Shown one piece after another: positions 28,548 to 38,401 of a stretch of DNA of 64,000 nt. Numbering within the stretch: position 1 is the stretch's first letter; each line of letters opens with the position of its first letter. The notes beneath the pieces are model-generated. The model made no database searches. It saw only the letters and a program-made list of their open reading frames with translations, and was not told the DNA's origin. Source of the stretch: Thermoanaerobaculia bacterium. Lineage in GTDB: Bacteria; Acidobacteriota; Thermoanaerobaculia; UBA5066. The DNA lies in the NCBI GenBank assembly GCA_022071945.1, contig JAJVIN010000019.1:15637-79636 (forward strand), given 5' to 3'. Position numbers and translations under genes: made by a program.

Positions 28548-29060
28548 TTAGACCAGATCTCCCACCTTCGACGGGTCGACGACTGGCGAGGGCGCCCCCG
28601 CCACCCGGCGAGACCTCTCGGCCCAGAGGCTCTGCGCCACCATCAGCAACATGCCGGCATCCCTCAGGAGCAGGGCCTTCATGTCGAAGAAGCGCTCCTC
28701 GACGCTCTTTCCCGCGTCTTTCGGGTCGAAACAGCCGCACTCGATCGGGTTGTCCCAGAAGAGGTTCAGGGCGATCGCCCCCATGAAGACGCACAGCAGG
28801 ACGCCGATCCACACCGAGGCCGTGCGGCGGAAGATCCCGAGAACCAAGGCCAGGCCGGCCAGGAGCTCGAACCACGGCAGCACGAGGGCCGAGAGGTTCA
28901 CGAGCGAGCCGGGCAGGATCCTGTAGTTGAGGACCATGTGCGCGAAGGACGGGGGGTCCACGATCTTTGGCAGCGCCGCGATGATGAAGATCAGGCCGAG
29001 CCCGATCTGCACCCGAACCGTCAGCCAGGGATGGGTCAGAAACGAAGCGAGGCGGGTCAC
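28548..29060 (-). CDS. MauE/DoxX family membrane protein
   Basis: GLIFIIAALPKIVDP, LPWFELLAG, IECGCF; GTGA-coupled to the rhodanese gene. Confidence 0.85.
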   Translation of the reverse strand: MTRLASFLTHPWLTVRVQIGLGLIFIIAALPKIVDPPSFAHMVLNYRILPGSLVNLSALVLPWFELLAGLALVLGIFRRTASVWIGVLLCVFMGAIALNLFWDNPIECGCFDPKDAGKSVEERFFDMKALLLRDAGMLLMVAQSLWAERSRRVAGAPSPVVDPSKVGDLV

Positions 29061-29809
29061 GGCGTCAATCCCCGCGCGGTCTTTCCCCCGCGCTTCACCC
29101 AGTCCGGCCATCCGTCCTTGTAGATGACGAGGTTCGTGAATCCCGCGCCAAAGAGCTTCTCCGAGAGCATGTGCGAGTCCTCGCACTCGCCGCCGGAGCA
29201 GTAGATGACGACAGGCAGGTCTTGCCTGCGGCCTTCGTTGACGAGATCAAGGATCCTCTCGGCCACGTCCGACTCCCAGACGGAAACGCTCCTGGCGCCC
29301 GCGATGTGGCCTTCCTGATAGACCTTCGTCCGGCGTGCGTCGATGAAGAGCGCGCCCGACTGGAAGAGGGTCGTGACGTCCTCGGGTGTGGCCTCGCGAT
29401 AGGGCTTGCCGGCCGGAGGCGGGAAGCGCGCCAGGAGTTCGTCCTCGCTCAGCCGGTTCTCGATGATCTTCACCTTGGCGGCCGGGTCCGGGGCCGGGGC
29501 CGCGGAGGATGCGGGGACAGACGTCCCCTTCTCGATGGGGGGGAACGTCGGGGAGGCCGGAGCGGCCGTCACGGGAGCCGCCGCGGCCGGGGAGGCTGCT
29601 GGCGCTTCCGCGACGACGGGAGAGAGCGGCGGCGGGGCGGCGGACCTCTCGGGGACCTTCTGGGCATTCGGATAGTCGGTGACGAGAGCGAGCTTGCGCT
29701 CACGCGAGGCCATCAGGTTCGCCACGAGAGCACACAGAACGGCACTGACGACGAGGGCGGCCGTCTCGAGAAAAAAGCGCCGCCAATTTGTCGATTCCAT
29801 CGTTTCCAT
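29057..29809 (-). CDS. Membrane-anchored rhodanese domain protein
   Basis: N-terminal TM; FIDAR..YQEGHIAGA, VIYCSGGECEDS, YKDGWPDW. Confidence 0.85.
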   Translation of the reverse strand: METMESTNWRRFFLETAALVVSAVLCALVANLMASRERKLALVTDYPNAQKVPERSAAPPPLSPVVAEAPAASPAAAAPVTAAPASPTFPPIEKGTSVPASSAAPAPDPAAKVKIIENRLSEDELLARFPPPAGKPYREATPEDVTTLFQSGALFIDARRTKVYQEGHIAGARSVSVWESDVAERILDLVNEGRRQDLPVVIYCSGGECEDSHMLSEKLFGAGFTNLVIYKDGWPDWVKRGGKTARGLTP

Positions 29810-29950
29810 CGTTTCCTTCTCCGTTATCGAGCCAGGGAAGAGAGATGCAAGGCTACAGCCTAAAAGTCGACGCCGGATCGGCATCCAGGGGCTCTTTCCG
29901 AGACTAAAATGCCGCGACGAAGCGGTCTCTTGAAGAGGGGGAGAAGCAAG

Positions 29951-31242
<1,292 letters not shown>

Positions 31243-31246
<4 letters not shown>

Positions 31247-31725
31247 GAACCCGGACCCGCCGCGCCCGGTTCCGGCCTCGAAGGGGCCGGGGCCGGGCCG
31301 TTCACACAGCCGGAACAGAGTCCGCGGAGCGTGACCGAGACGTCCTCGACGATCGAGCCGTCTTCGAGGTGCATTCCCTCGCTCGCTGGCAGGGAATCGT
31401 GAGGAATGTCCGAGACGGATCCACACGAGCGGCAGACGAAGTGGTGGTGCCGTTCCCTGTTCGCGTCGAACCGCGCCACGAGGCCGTCGACCGTGAGCTC
31501 CCGGATCAGCCCCGTCTTCTGGAGCGAGTTCAGGACGTTGTAGACCGAGGCTCGCGAGATCCGCAGATGACGTTCTTCGAGGGCCATCCCGATCTCCTCG
31601 GCCGTCGGGTGGTTCTTGACGCCGAGGAGGTACTCGAGCACGACCTCGCGCGGCCGGGTGACCCTGAGCCGGTGAGCCTTGAGGGTCTTGCGGACGCCCT
31701 CACGAGCAGGAAGCGTGTCGTGCAC
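31243..31725 (-). CDS. Fur family transcriptional regulator (PerR-like)
   Basis: RVTRPR, HPTAEEI, ISRASVYNVL, RFD..HHHFVCRSCG, GLCSGC. Confidence 0.9.
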
Positions 31726-31730
31726 TGAGA

Positions 31731-31763
31731 TTTAGATTAAGTTCAAAAGAGAGCGTGAGTCAA
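31731..31763 (-). promoter_or_regulatory. Promoter with overlapping Fur/PerR-type box; likely leaderless mRNA
   Basis: Minus-strand TTGACT-N18-TAATCT; AT-rich imperfect dyad TTTAGATTAAGTTCAAA (31731-31747) just upstream of GTG 31725. Confidence 0.55.
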
Positions 31764-31798
31764 GAAAAGCCGTGAAGGGTGGCCTTCACGGCTCTTCG

Positions 31799-32503
31799 TT
31801 ACTGGGTCGCCAGGGCCGCGTCCGTGATGAAGCCTCGGACGAACCGGTTCCAGCGCGGTCCCTTCACGAACTCCGGATTCCAGCTCCACATCACGCCCAC
31901 GGCCCGGCCCAACAGGTCCCGGATGGGACGCGTCCCGAAGAAGCGGCCGTCCCGGCTCTCGTCCCGGTTGTCTCCCATGAGAAAGACCTCGTCCTCGGGA
32001 ACGACGATGGGACCGAAGGTCCGCAGGGCCGGACGGTCGGGGAGGATCCGGACAGGGTGGGACCGGGTGTCGAGCTTCTCGGTGCCCATGATCACGACCT
32101 CGCCGTCTTCCGTCCGCTGCTCGGGCAGGAACTCGACGGGGACGGGCTGGTCGTTGACGGAGAGGATCTCGTTCTTCAGCTCGATCTTGTCGCCGGGCAG
32201 GCCGATCAGCCGCTTCACGAACGGCACGGAGCCGCCGTCCGGGTTGCGGACGACGACGACGTCTCCCCGGGACGGGGCGCCGGTTGTGAAGAGCCGGATC
32301 CGGGTGAACGGAACGCGAATCTGGTAGGCCGACTTCCAGACGAAGACGCGGTCCCCCTCGAGGATCGTGGGTTTCATCGAGCCGGTCGGCACGACGTACC
32401 AGTCCGCAAGGACGGAGCGACCGGTCAGGATGATGGCGGCCATCAGGACCAACTGGCGAATGTCTTTCAGGATGACGGCTTTTTTCTCTGCTGAAAGGGG
32501 CAT
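31799..32503 (-). CDS. lepB: Signal peptidase I
   Basis: PTGSMKPT (Ser), FVKRLIGLPGD (Lys), MGDNRDESRDGR. Confidence 0.93.
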   Translation of the reverse strand: MPLSAEKKAVILKDIRQLVLMAAIILTGRSVLADWYVVPTGSMKPTILEGDRVFVWKSAYQIRVPFTRIRLFTTGAPSRGDVVVVRNPDGGSVPFVKRLIGLPGDKIELKNEILSVNDQPVPVEFLPEQRTEDGEVVIMGTEKLDTRSHPVRILPDRPALRTFGPIVVPEDEVFLMGDNRDESRDGRFFGTRPIRDLLGRAVGVMWSWNPEFVKGPRWNRFVRGFITDAALATQ

Positions 32504-32574
32504 GGTGCTCCTGGATCTCGTGTTCGGGACCCGGCCGGATCCCTCGAGGAAAAGACGCGGTATCTTCTCGCGTC

Positions 32575-32973
32575 ATGACTGGTTATACAGATGATCACGC
32601 CCGAGCGGGAACGGACGCGGCGCTGCCGGCGCTCGAAACCTGGCCCTCGCAGTATGCCGAGGACTACGAGATTGTCATCTCCATTCCGGAGTTCACGTCG
32701 ATCTGTCCCAAGACGGGGCTTCCGGACTTCGCGACGCTGACGATCACCTACGTGCCTCACCGCCACTGCGTCGAACTCAAGTCGTTGAAGGAGTACCTCC
32801 TCGCCTACCGGAACCTGGGCATCTTCAACGAGAACGTCGTCAACCGGGTCCTTCGCGACCTCGTGCGGGCGGTCGAGCCCCGCCGCATGGCCGTGAAGGG
32901 GGTTTTCACCGCCCGGGGCGGGATCCAGACGACAGTTGGAGCCGAATACCCATTCGCGCACGGAAACCCTTGA
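32575..32973 (+). CDS. queF: NADPH-dependent preQ0 reductase
   Basis: PEFTSICPKTGLPDFA, ELKSLKEY, FTARGGI. Confidence 0.95.
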   Translation: MTGYTDDHARAGTDAALPALETWPSQYAEDYEIVISIPEFTSICPKTGLPDFATLTITYVPHRHCVELKSLKEYLLAYRNLGIFNENVVNRVLRDLVRAVEPRRMAVKGVFTARGGIQTTVGAEYPFAHGNP

Positions 32974-32998
32974 CACCGAGCGGCCCGAGGAGCAAATT
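32970..32998 (+). promoter_or_regulatory. Sigma70 promoter for the downstream non-coding unit
   Basis: TTGACA(32970-32975)-N17-CAAATT(32993-32998); the -35 overlaps the queF stop codon. Confidence 0.6.
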
Positions 32999-33004
32999 TG
33001 TTCC

Positions 33005-33292
33005 AGCCTGAGGATCATCGAAGGGTGAGGGAAAACAAGAGCGGCCCTTCGAGGCCGCGAGTTCGAAGGCGACACCCTTCGTCCCTCGGTCCCCGCGGTG
33101 GTTCTTAGGCGTTTCAGGGGGTTACCCCGGAAAGGGGTGATAGGGCTTAGAAACACAACTTCAGGAGAGCCAATTCCCAGGGTTAAAGAGGGACAGCAGA
33201 CGCCGTCCCGGAAAGGGCTCAGGGAATAGACCCGACACCCGGGCACCCGAGCCCACCCCATGATCCCGGCCAGCCTTGACGGCGGCCGGGAT
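33005..33292 (+). ncRNA. Candidate structured non-coding RNA, family unassigned
   Basis: Sits between convergent genes; promoter and terminator present; multiple helices with UUCG/GGAAA loops on the + strand; no credible ORF. Confidence 0.6.
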
Positions 33293-33293
33293 T
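33262..33293. terminator. GC-rich hairpin, probable (bidirectional) terminator
   Basis: ATCCCGGCC..GCC-TTGAC-GGC..GGCCGGGAT, followed by TCATTCATTCT. Confidence 0.55.
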
Positions 33294-34309
33294 CATTCAT
33301 TCTGGGCCTTTGGCCGCGCGGCATTGCCCGGCGTCAGCCGGCCGTCGGGTCCCATCCGCTCGTAGAGCGAAATCGCGTTGCGAGAATCCATGGCCGTCGG
33401 GCAGTAGCCCTGCAGAGGATCCAGCCGGATGATGGACGCGACCTTGGCCGCCGGCGTGTTTTCTTGCTTGTTCTCGAACAGGAGCTTCAAGAGCCTTCGG
33501 AGGTAGCCCCGCGTGACATCGATCTCGGCCGCGGGGTCCGAGCTCCCGCCGCTCGAGCCGACGATTCCCTTCACGTTCTTCTTCTCGAGGATGTCGAGGG
33601 CCGCGAGTACTCCGACGAGATCGGCCGAGGGGTCGGTCAGGTCTGGACAGCTGCCCGGAGTCAGGAGGTCCCCGGTGACGGCCAGGCTGATGTCGGGCAG
33701 CAACGCGAAGATGTCGTGATTGGAGTGAGCGGGGCTCGAAAGGGCCGTCAGCTCGAGGGACCGCTTCTTGCCCTTGATCTCCATGGTTCCGCTCACGGCG
33801 ATGGTGGGCGGGACCTCACGCGCCATCATGACGACGGCGTTCTTGAAGGCCTCGCTGACCCGGGAGTGAACGTAGACGGTGGTCTCGGGCGAGAGGAAGT
33901 CGAGGAGCCCCTCCGCGGAGTTCACGTGACCGTGAAGGTGCGTCAGGACGAGCCACTTGATCGGCTTGTCCTTGGCGGTCAGGGACACGAAGCTCTTGAG
34001 GGCCTTGGCGTCCTTGGCGGAGCCCCCGGTGTCGATGAGGACGATCCCGTCACCGAGATCCGCCCAGACGGCGGTCATTCCCGTGAACTGGGTGAGCCAG
34101 ACGCCGGGAGCGGCTTCCAGGACCGCCGGACCGGCGGGAGCCGCCTCTGCCGGCTTGGAGAGCGGAGTGGGAGTCGCGGCCGCGGGCGTTTCCGAAGGCG
34201 GCGGAGCCTTGGCGAGGTTCGGGGTGCTCGCGATCGGAGCGGCCCAGAGCGACGGGCCGAGGGACAAGAGAGAGGCGGCCACGAGGGCGCGGAGCGAGGT
34301 CGTCTTCAT
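33293..34309 (-). CDS. Exported metallo-beta-lactamase-fold protein with degenerate metal motif
   Basis: Signal peptide; LIDTGG, LVLTHLHGHV (vs HxHxDH), PAHSNHD, VTGDL. Confidence 0.7.
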   Translation of the reverse strand: MKTTSLRALVAASLLSLGPSLWAAPIASTPNLAKAPPPSETPAAATPTPLSKPAEAAPAGPAVLEAAPGVWLTQFTGMTAVWADLGDGIVLIDTGGSAKDAKALKSFVSLTAKDKPIKWLVLTHLHGHVNSAEGLLDFLSPETTVYVHSRVSEAFKNAVVMMAREVPPTIAVSGTMEIKGKKRSLELTALSSPAHSNHDIFALLPDISLAVTGDLLTPGSCPDLTDPSADLVGVLAALDILEKKNVKGIVGSSGGSSDPAAEIDVTRGYLRRLLKLLFENKQENTPAAKVASIIRLDPLQGYCPTAMDSRNAISLYERMGPDGRLTPGNAARPKAQNE

Positions 34310-35823
34310 TGAATCGGAGGTTCCTTGACGATGGGTCGGGCCGGCACGGGGAGATTCCGCAGAAGCTCCCCGGTACGGAACCAGGCCAGCTGGGTTTCCT
34401 TCTCTCGTTGCAGGGCCTCTTCGAGAGCGGCCAGGTTCCGTGACGAAAGAAGCGCCTTGAAGGTGCTCACGAGGGGAGGCGGACGGACCGCGTATGTCGA
34501 GGCTCGCGAGAGCGCGAAGGCCCGGGCGGAGCCCTCCTCGACCCAGTAGTCGATGAGCCGGAGCTCCCGCGCGCGCGCAAGCGGAATCGTCTCGCCCGAG
34601 AAGAAGAGGTCGGAGGCGGCTCCCGTCCCGGCCCGGGAGGAAAAGAGGTACGTGGCTCCGCTCCCGAGATCCGGAATGGACGGGTGAAGGGACGCCGAAA
34701 AAGACACGAGGTCGCGCCCTCTTGACGCCACGACTCTCACATCGCTCACCAGCGCAAAACTCAGGCCGAACCCGGACACGGGTCCCTCGAGTGCCGAGAG
34801 GACCGGCCTCTTGCCCCGGGCCACCGCGAGGATGGCTCGCGCCTCCTCGTCGAGGAACTTCGCATAGGAGGCCTCGTCGCCAGACCGGGCGAGCGCGCCG
34901 ACGTACCTCGGATCCGCCCCGCGGCAAAAGGACCTGCCAGCGGCCGTCACGACGAGCGCCGGCACGGTCGCGTCCGACAGCAGAGCCTCCAGGGAATCCG
35001 CCAGAAGGCCAGCCATCCCGCCCGCGAGCATGTTGTCCTGGTCGCCCCGGTTGAGCCTCAGGACCGGGATCGCCCCCTCCAGGGAAACCTCGACGAGGGG
35101 TAAGGGAGCCCGGCCCCCCTGGCGGGAAAAGACCCGGCACGCCTCGATGAAGCCCGCGAAGAGCGCCCTGTGCGCGGGCCGGGCGACGAGGTCCTCCGGG
35201 TGCCACTGGACCGCCACGATGCGGCCCGATTCGTCCTCGAAGGCCTCGACGAGGTCGTCGGAAGAGGCCGCGACGGGCAGAAGACCCGCCGCCAGGTCCT
35301 TGACGGCCTGGTGGTGCCGCGAGTTGACCGCAAGCGCGGGTTCAGCGCGGCGGAGAGCCTCGAAGGCCGGGGTCTTCAAACTCGGGGCCGCGGTGAACCG
35401 GACCGGATGAGCCTCGTGGCGCGGAACGAAACCGTCCTCGCGAAAGCAGTCGTGTTTCACTCCCCTGTCCCGCTGGGCCGGGAGGTCTTGCCAGAGAGTG
35501 CCGCCCCGGGCGACGTTCACGACTTGCAGCCCCCGGCAGATGCCGAAGACGGGCGACCCGATCCGCCCGGCGATCTCGAGGACGTCGAAGTCCAGCCGGT
35601 CCCTCTCGGGGTGGATCTCGACGGAAGAGTTGAAGACGGTCTCCCGGTAGCGGGCCGGGTCGACATCGGCTCCCCCGGCCAGGAGGAGTCCGTCGAACTC
35701 CTCCGGGAGGGGATCCCCGGGCGTGAGGAGCTCCACTTCCTCGGGGAGCGCCCCGGCGCACAGGAGCGCATCCCGGTACTTCTCGTTCGGTTGATGGGAG
35801 TCGGTCGCGATGACGATCTTCAT
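34306..35823 (-). CDS. Peptidase C26 (PuuD-like gamma-glutamyl hydrolase) fused to an enoyl-CoA hydratase/isomerase (PaaG-like) domain
   Basis: GGADVDP, FGICRGLQ, NSRHHQAV, VQWHPE; then LRLNR, FCRGAD, ALVSDVRV, IPDLGSGATY. Confidence 0.8.
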   Translation of the reverse strand: MKIVIATDSHQPNEKYRDALLCAGALPEEVELLTPGDPLPEEFDGLLLAGGADVDPARYRETVFNSSVEIHPERDRLDFDVLEIAGRIGSPVFGICRGLQVVNVARGGTLWQDLPAQRDRGVKHDCFREDGFVPRHEAHPVRFTAAPSLKTPAFEALRRAEPALAVNSRHHQAVKDLAAGLLPVAASSDDLVEAFEDESGRIVAVQWHPEDLVARPAHRALFAGFIEACRVFSRQGGRAPLPLVEVSLEGAIPVLRLNRGDQDNMLAGGMAGLLADSLEALLSDATVPALVVTAAGRSFCRGADPRYVGALARSGDEASYAKFLDEEARAILAVARGKRPVLSALEGPVSGFGLSFALVSDVRVVASRGRDLVSFSASLHPSIPDLGSGATYLFSSRAGTGAASDLFFSGETIPLARARELRLIDYWVEEGSARAFALSRASTYAVRPPPLVSTFKALLSSRNLAALEEALQREKETQLAWFRTGELLRNLPVPARPIVKEPPIQ

Positions 35824-35891
35824 CTTTCGTGGGCCTCCCGGGCCCACTGGCCCGCTCGGGACGGCGGGATTCTATGCCGCCGGGAACGGCC

Positions 35892-36836
35892 TCACTTCTC
35901 CCAGAACCGTGTGAACCGGTACCACTGGGCCGGGTGCGCCCGGATGACGTCCTCGAGGACTCGAGCGAACGCTCTCATTCCCGAGTCGAGCACGGAGTCG
36001 AGTTCGCTTCGACGCGCGCCCGTCGCGAGCCGGATCGGCTCCTTCACGACCGTCTGGTACCGGCCGTCGCCCGTCATCAGGACGAAGACCGGCAGGAGGG
36101 GCGCCATGCCCGCGGCCGCGAGACGGAAAGGCCCGACCGGAAACGACACCATCTTGCCAAAAAAGGGAACCGGACGGCCCGTTCCCGAGATGTCCCGGTC
36201 GCCCTGGATGGCGACGAACTCGTTGGCTTCCAGGGCGCGCAGGATGGCGACGAACGAGAGCGGTGACGTCGTGATCGGGATCCCCTTGACCCCCATCGCC
36301 TGCCGGGCCTCGGTCCGGTACTTCTCGACCACCGGGGAAGGGTCGGGGGCGTAGACGACGTTCGCCTCCAGACCCAGATCCCTCAAGAAGAGCCCGCCGA
36401 GCTCGAAGTTTCCAGCGTGCGCCGTCAGGAGAATGGCGCCCCGGCCCTCCCGGTAAGCGTTCCTGAGATGCTCGGTGCCGATCTGCTCGGCCACGAGTTC
36501 GGTGCAGTCGACGCCGGGCCTGGCGGAGTTCCTGAGGAAATCGATCCACGAGCGGGAGTGGTTCGCCAGCATCTCTCTGGCAGCCTCCTCGACCGAGAAG
36601 TCGGATGCCGGCCGCCCCAGGACGCAGGCGACATTGTCGAGGATGGCTTCCCGAAGGGACTCCCTTCGCCACATCAGCTTCTCCACGGTCGCCGTCGAGA
36701 GGCGGCACAGCCACTCGGGCGGGACGTGCCGGACCACGTGACGAAAGAACGGGAACCACAGGCCGAAGGTCTTCTGGGTCAGCCTGGAGACGGGAGAAGG
36801 GGGAGGCGGGGCTTTCAGACAGGTTGCGGAGCTCAT
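35892..36836 (-). CDS. LPLAT acyltransferase (LpxL/PatA-like)
   Basis: GRGAILLTAHAGNFE, IQGDRD, VPFFGK, HPAQW. Confidence 0.85.
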   Translation of the reverse strand: MSSATCLKAPPPPSPVSRLTQKTFGLWFPFFRHVVRHVPPEWLCRLSTATVEKLMWRRESLREAILDNVACVLGRPASDFSVEEAAREMLANHSRSWIDFLRNSARPGVDCTELVAEQIGTEHLRNAYREGRGAILLTAHAGNFELGGLFLRDLGLEANVVYAPDPSPVVEKYRTEARQAMGVKGIPITTSPLSFVAILRALEANEFVAIQGDRDISGTGRPVPFFGKMVSFPVGPFRLAAAGMAPLLPVFVLMTGDGRYQTVVKEPIRLATGARRSELDSVLDSGMRAFARVLEDVIRAHPAQWYRFTRFWEK

Positions 36837-36957
36837 GAGGCGCCCGGCCGCGAGCCGTGAAGGCGCGAGGCGACCGGCTAGTATCCCTCGGGCGAAGCGC
36901 CAGAGAAAGTCCGCCTTGCGTTTCCCGCCCTTCGGTTATCTTTGGGGGGAAAACCCG

Positions 36958-38391
36958 ATGACGCCCGAGAAGCCGTTCCGCCCCTTGAGCGAATCCGAGC
37001 TCGCCGTCCTCAGGCAGATCGCCGGCGAGGACCACGTGCTGGTTGCGCCCGCCGACCTTCAGCCCTTCTCACACGACTGGACCGAGGACTTCGTCTTCCC
37101 CCCGGCCGCGGTGGCGCGGCCCCGCACGGTTTCGGAGGTCTCGAGGATCCTCGCCTTCTGCAACGAACGGCGCATCCCGGTCACTCCGCAGGGAGGCCGG
37201 ACGGGACTCTCCGGCGGAGCCTTGCCACTCCTGGGCGGGCTCGCGCTCTGCCTGGACCGGATGAACTCGATCCTCGAGATCGACGAGAAGAACGCCGTCG
37301 CCACGGTCGAGCCGGGCGTCGTCACCCAGACCCTCCACGAGGCGGTCGAGGCTCTGGGCCTGTCCTACCCGCCCGACCCGGCCTCGCGCGGCTCGTGCAC
37401 GATCGGGGGAAACCTCGCCGAGAACGCGGGCGGGCCCCACGCGGCCAAGTACGGCGTCACCGGCAAGTGGGTGATGGGCCTCGAGGCCGTTCTGGCCTCG
37501 GGGGACGTCATCGTCACGGGCGGCAAGACGCGAAAAGACGTCGCGGGCTACGACTTGACGTCCCTGCTGGTCGGGTCGGAGGGGACGCTCGCCGTCGTCA
37601 CGAAGGCTTGGTTGAGGCTCATCCCGAAGCCCGCGGCGCGGGCCGTCCTGGTCGCTCCCTTCGCGACCCTCGAGGAGTCGATGGCGGCCGTCGTCGAGGT
37701 CTACCGGCGCGGCCTCGTCCCGGCGGCCTGCGAGTTCGTCGATCGTCCGGCCACGGAGGTCTCCTCGAAGAGAAAGGGGGTCACGCTGCCCTTTCCGGAG
37801 GCCGAGGCGCGGCTTCTGCTCGAGTTCGATGGCGGGGGCGACGAGGAGGTCGAGAGGGACGTCACGCGGGCGGGCGAGGCGGCCCTCGACTGCGGAGCCC
37901 TCGATGTCGTCGTGGCCGCCGACGAGAGAAGAATGCGCGAGCTCTGGGAGATCAGGAGGGGGATCGGGGAGGCGGTGAGAGACCTGGGACATTCTTCCGA
38001 GCTGGATGTCGCCGTGCCGCGCTCCGAGCTCGCGGCCCTCGTCCGCGGCATCCGCGAGATCGCCTCGGAAGCCGGATTCTCCTCGGTCGCCTTCGGGCAT
38101 GCGGCGGATGGCAACATCCATGTCCACGTCTACGGGCCGGGTTCCGGAGAGGCTGGCGAGGAGCTGTTTCGCCAGACCGCCCGGAAGATCTACGCCCTCG
38201 CGGCGAGCCTCGGAGGAACCGTCACCGGTGAGCATGGCGTCGGGATCACCTCGCGCGACTGCCTCTCGTTTTGCCGGAATCCCGCCGCCATCGCCGCGAT
38301 GAGGGCGGTCAAGGATGCCCTCGATCCGAGGGGGATCCTCAACCCGGGCAAGCTCTTCCCGCCTCTTTCGGAGCACGGGGAGCCTCGATAG
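36958..38391 (+). CDS. FAD-linked oxidase, GlcD/D-lactate dehydrogenase family
   Basis: GGRTGLSGGA, YPPDPAS, GGNLAENAGG, GSEGTL, GHAADGNIH, GEHGVG, LNPGK. Confidence 0.9.
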   Translation: MTPEKPFRPLSESELAVLRQIAGEDHVLVAPADLQPFSHDWTEDFVFPPAAVARPRTVSEVSRILAFCNERRIPVTPQGGRTGLSGGALPLLGGLALCLDRMNSILEIDEKNAVATVEPGVVTQTLHEAVEALGLSYPPDPASRGSCTIGGNLAENAGGPHAAKYGVTGKWVMGLEAVLASGDVIVTGGKTRKDVAGYDLTSLLVGSEGTLAVVTKAWLRLIPKPAARAVLVAPFATLEESMAAVVEVYRRGLVPAACEFVDRPATEVSSKRKGVTLPFPEAEARLLLEFDGGGDEEVERDVTRAGEAALDCGALDVVVAADERRMRELWEIRRGIGEAVRDLGHSSELDVAVPRSELAALVRGIREIASEAGFSSVAFGHAADGNIHVHVYGPGSGEAGEELFRQTARKIYALAASLGGTVTGEHGVGITSRDCLSFCRNPAAIAAMRAVKDALDPRGILNPGKLFPPLSEHGEPR

Positions 38392-38401
38392 ACTCCGGCG
38401 A

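Noticed and set aside
32504-32574. preQ1 riboswitch upstream of queF
   Set aside because: Short divergent intergenic region without the preQ1-I stem or A-rich tail
33005-33292. Assignment as tmRNA, RNase P RNA, SRP RNA or 6S RNA
   Set aside because: No tRNA-like ends; no GAGGAAAGUCC; the SRP-like CAGG..AGCAG (33178-33199) lacks the GNRA tetraloop; the 6S-like GGAGAGCC/GGCACCC words lack the closing stem. Left unassigned pending cmscan
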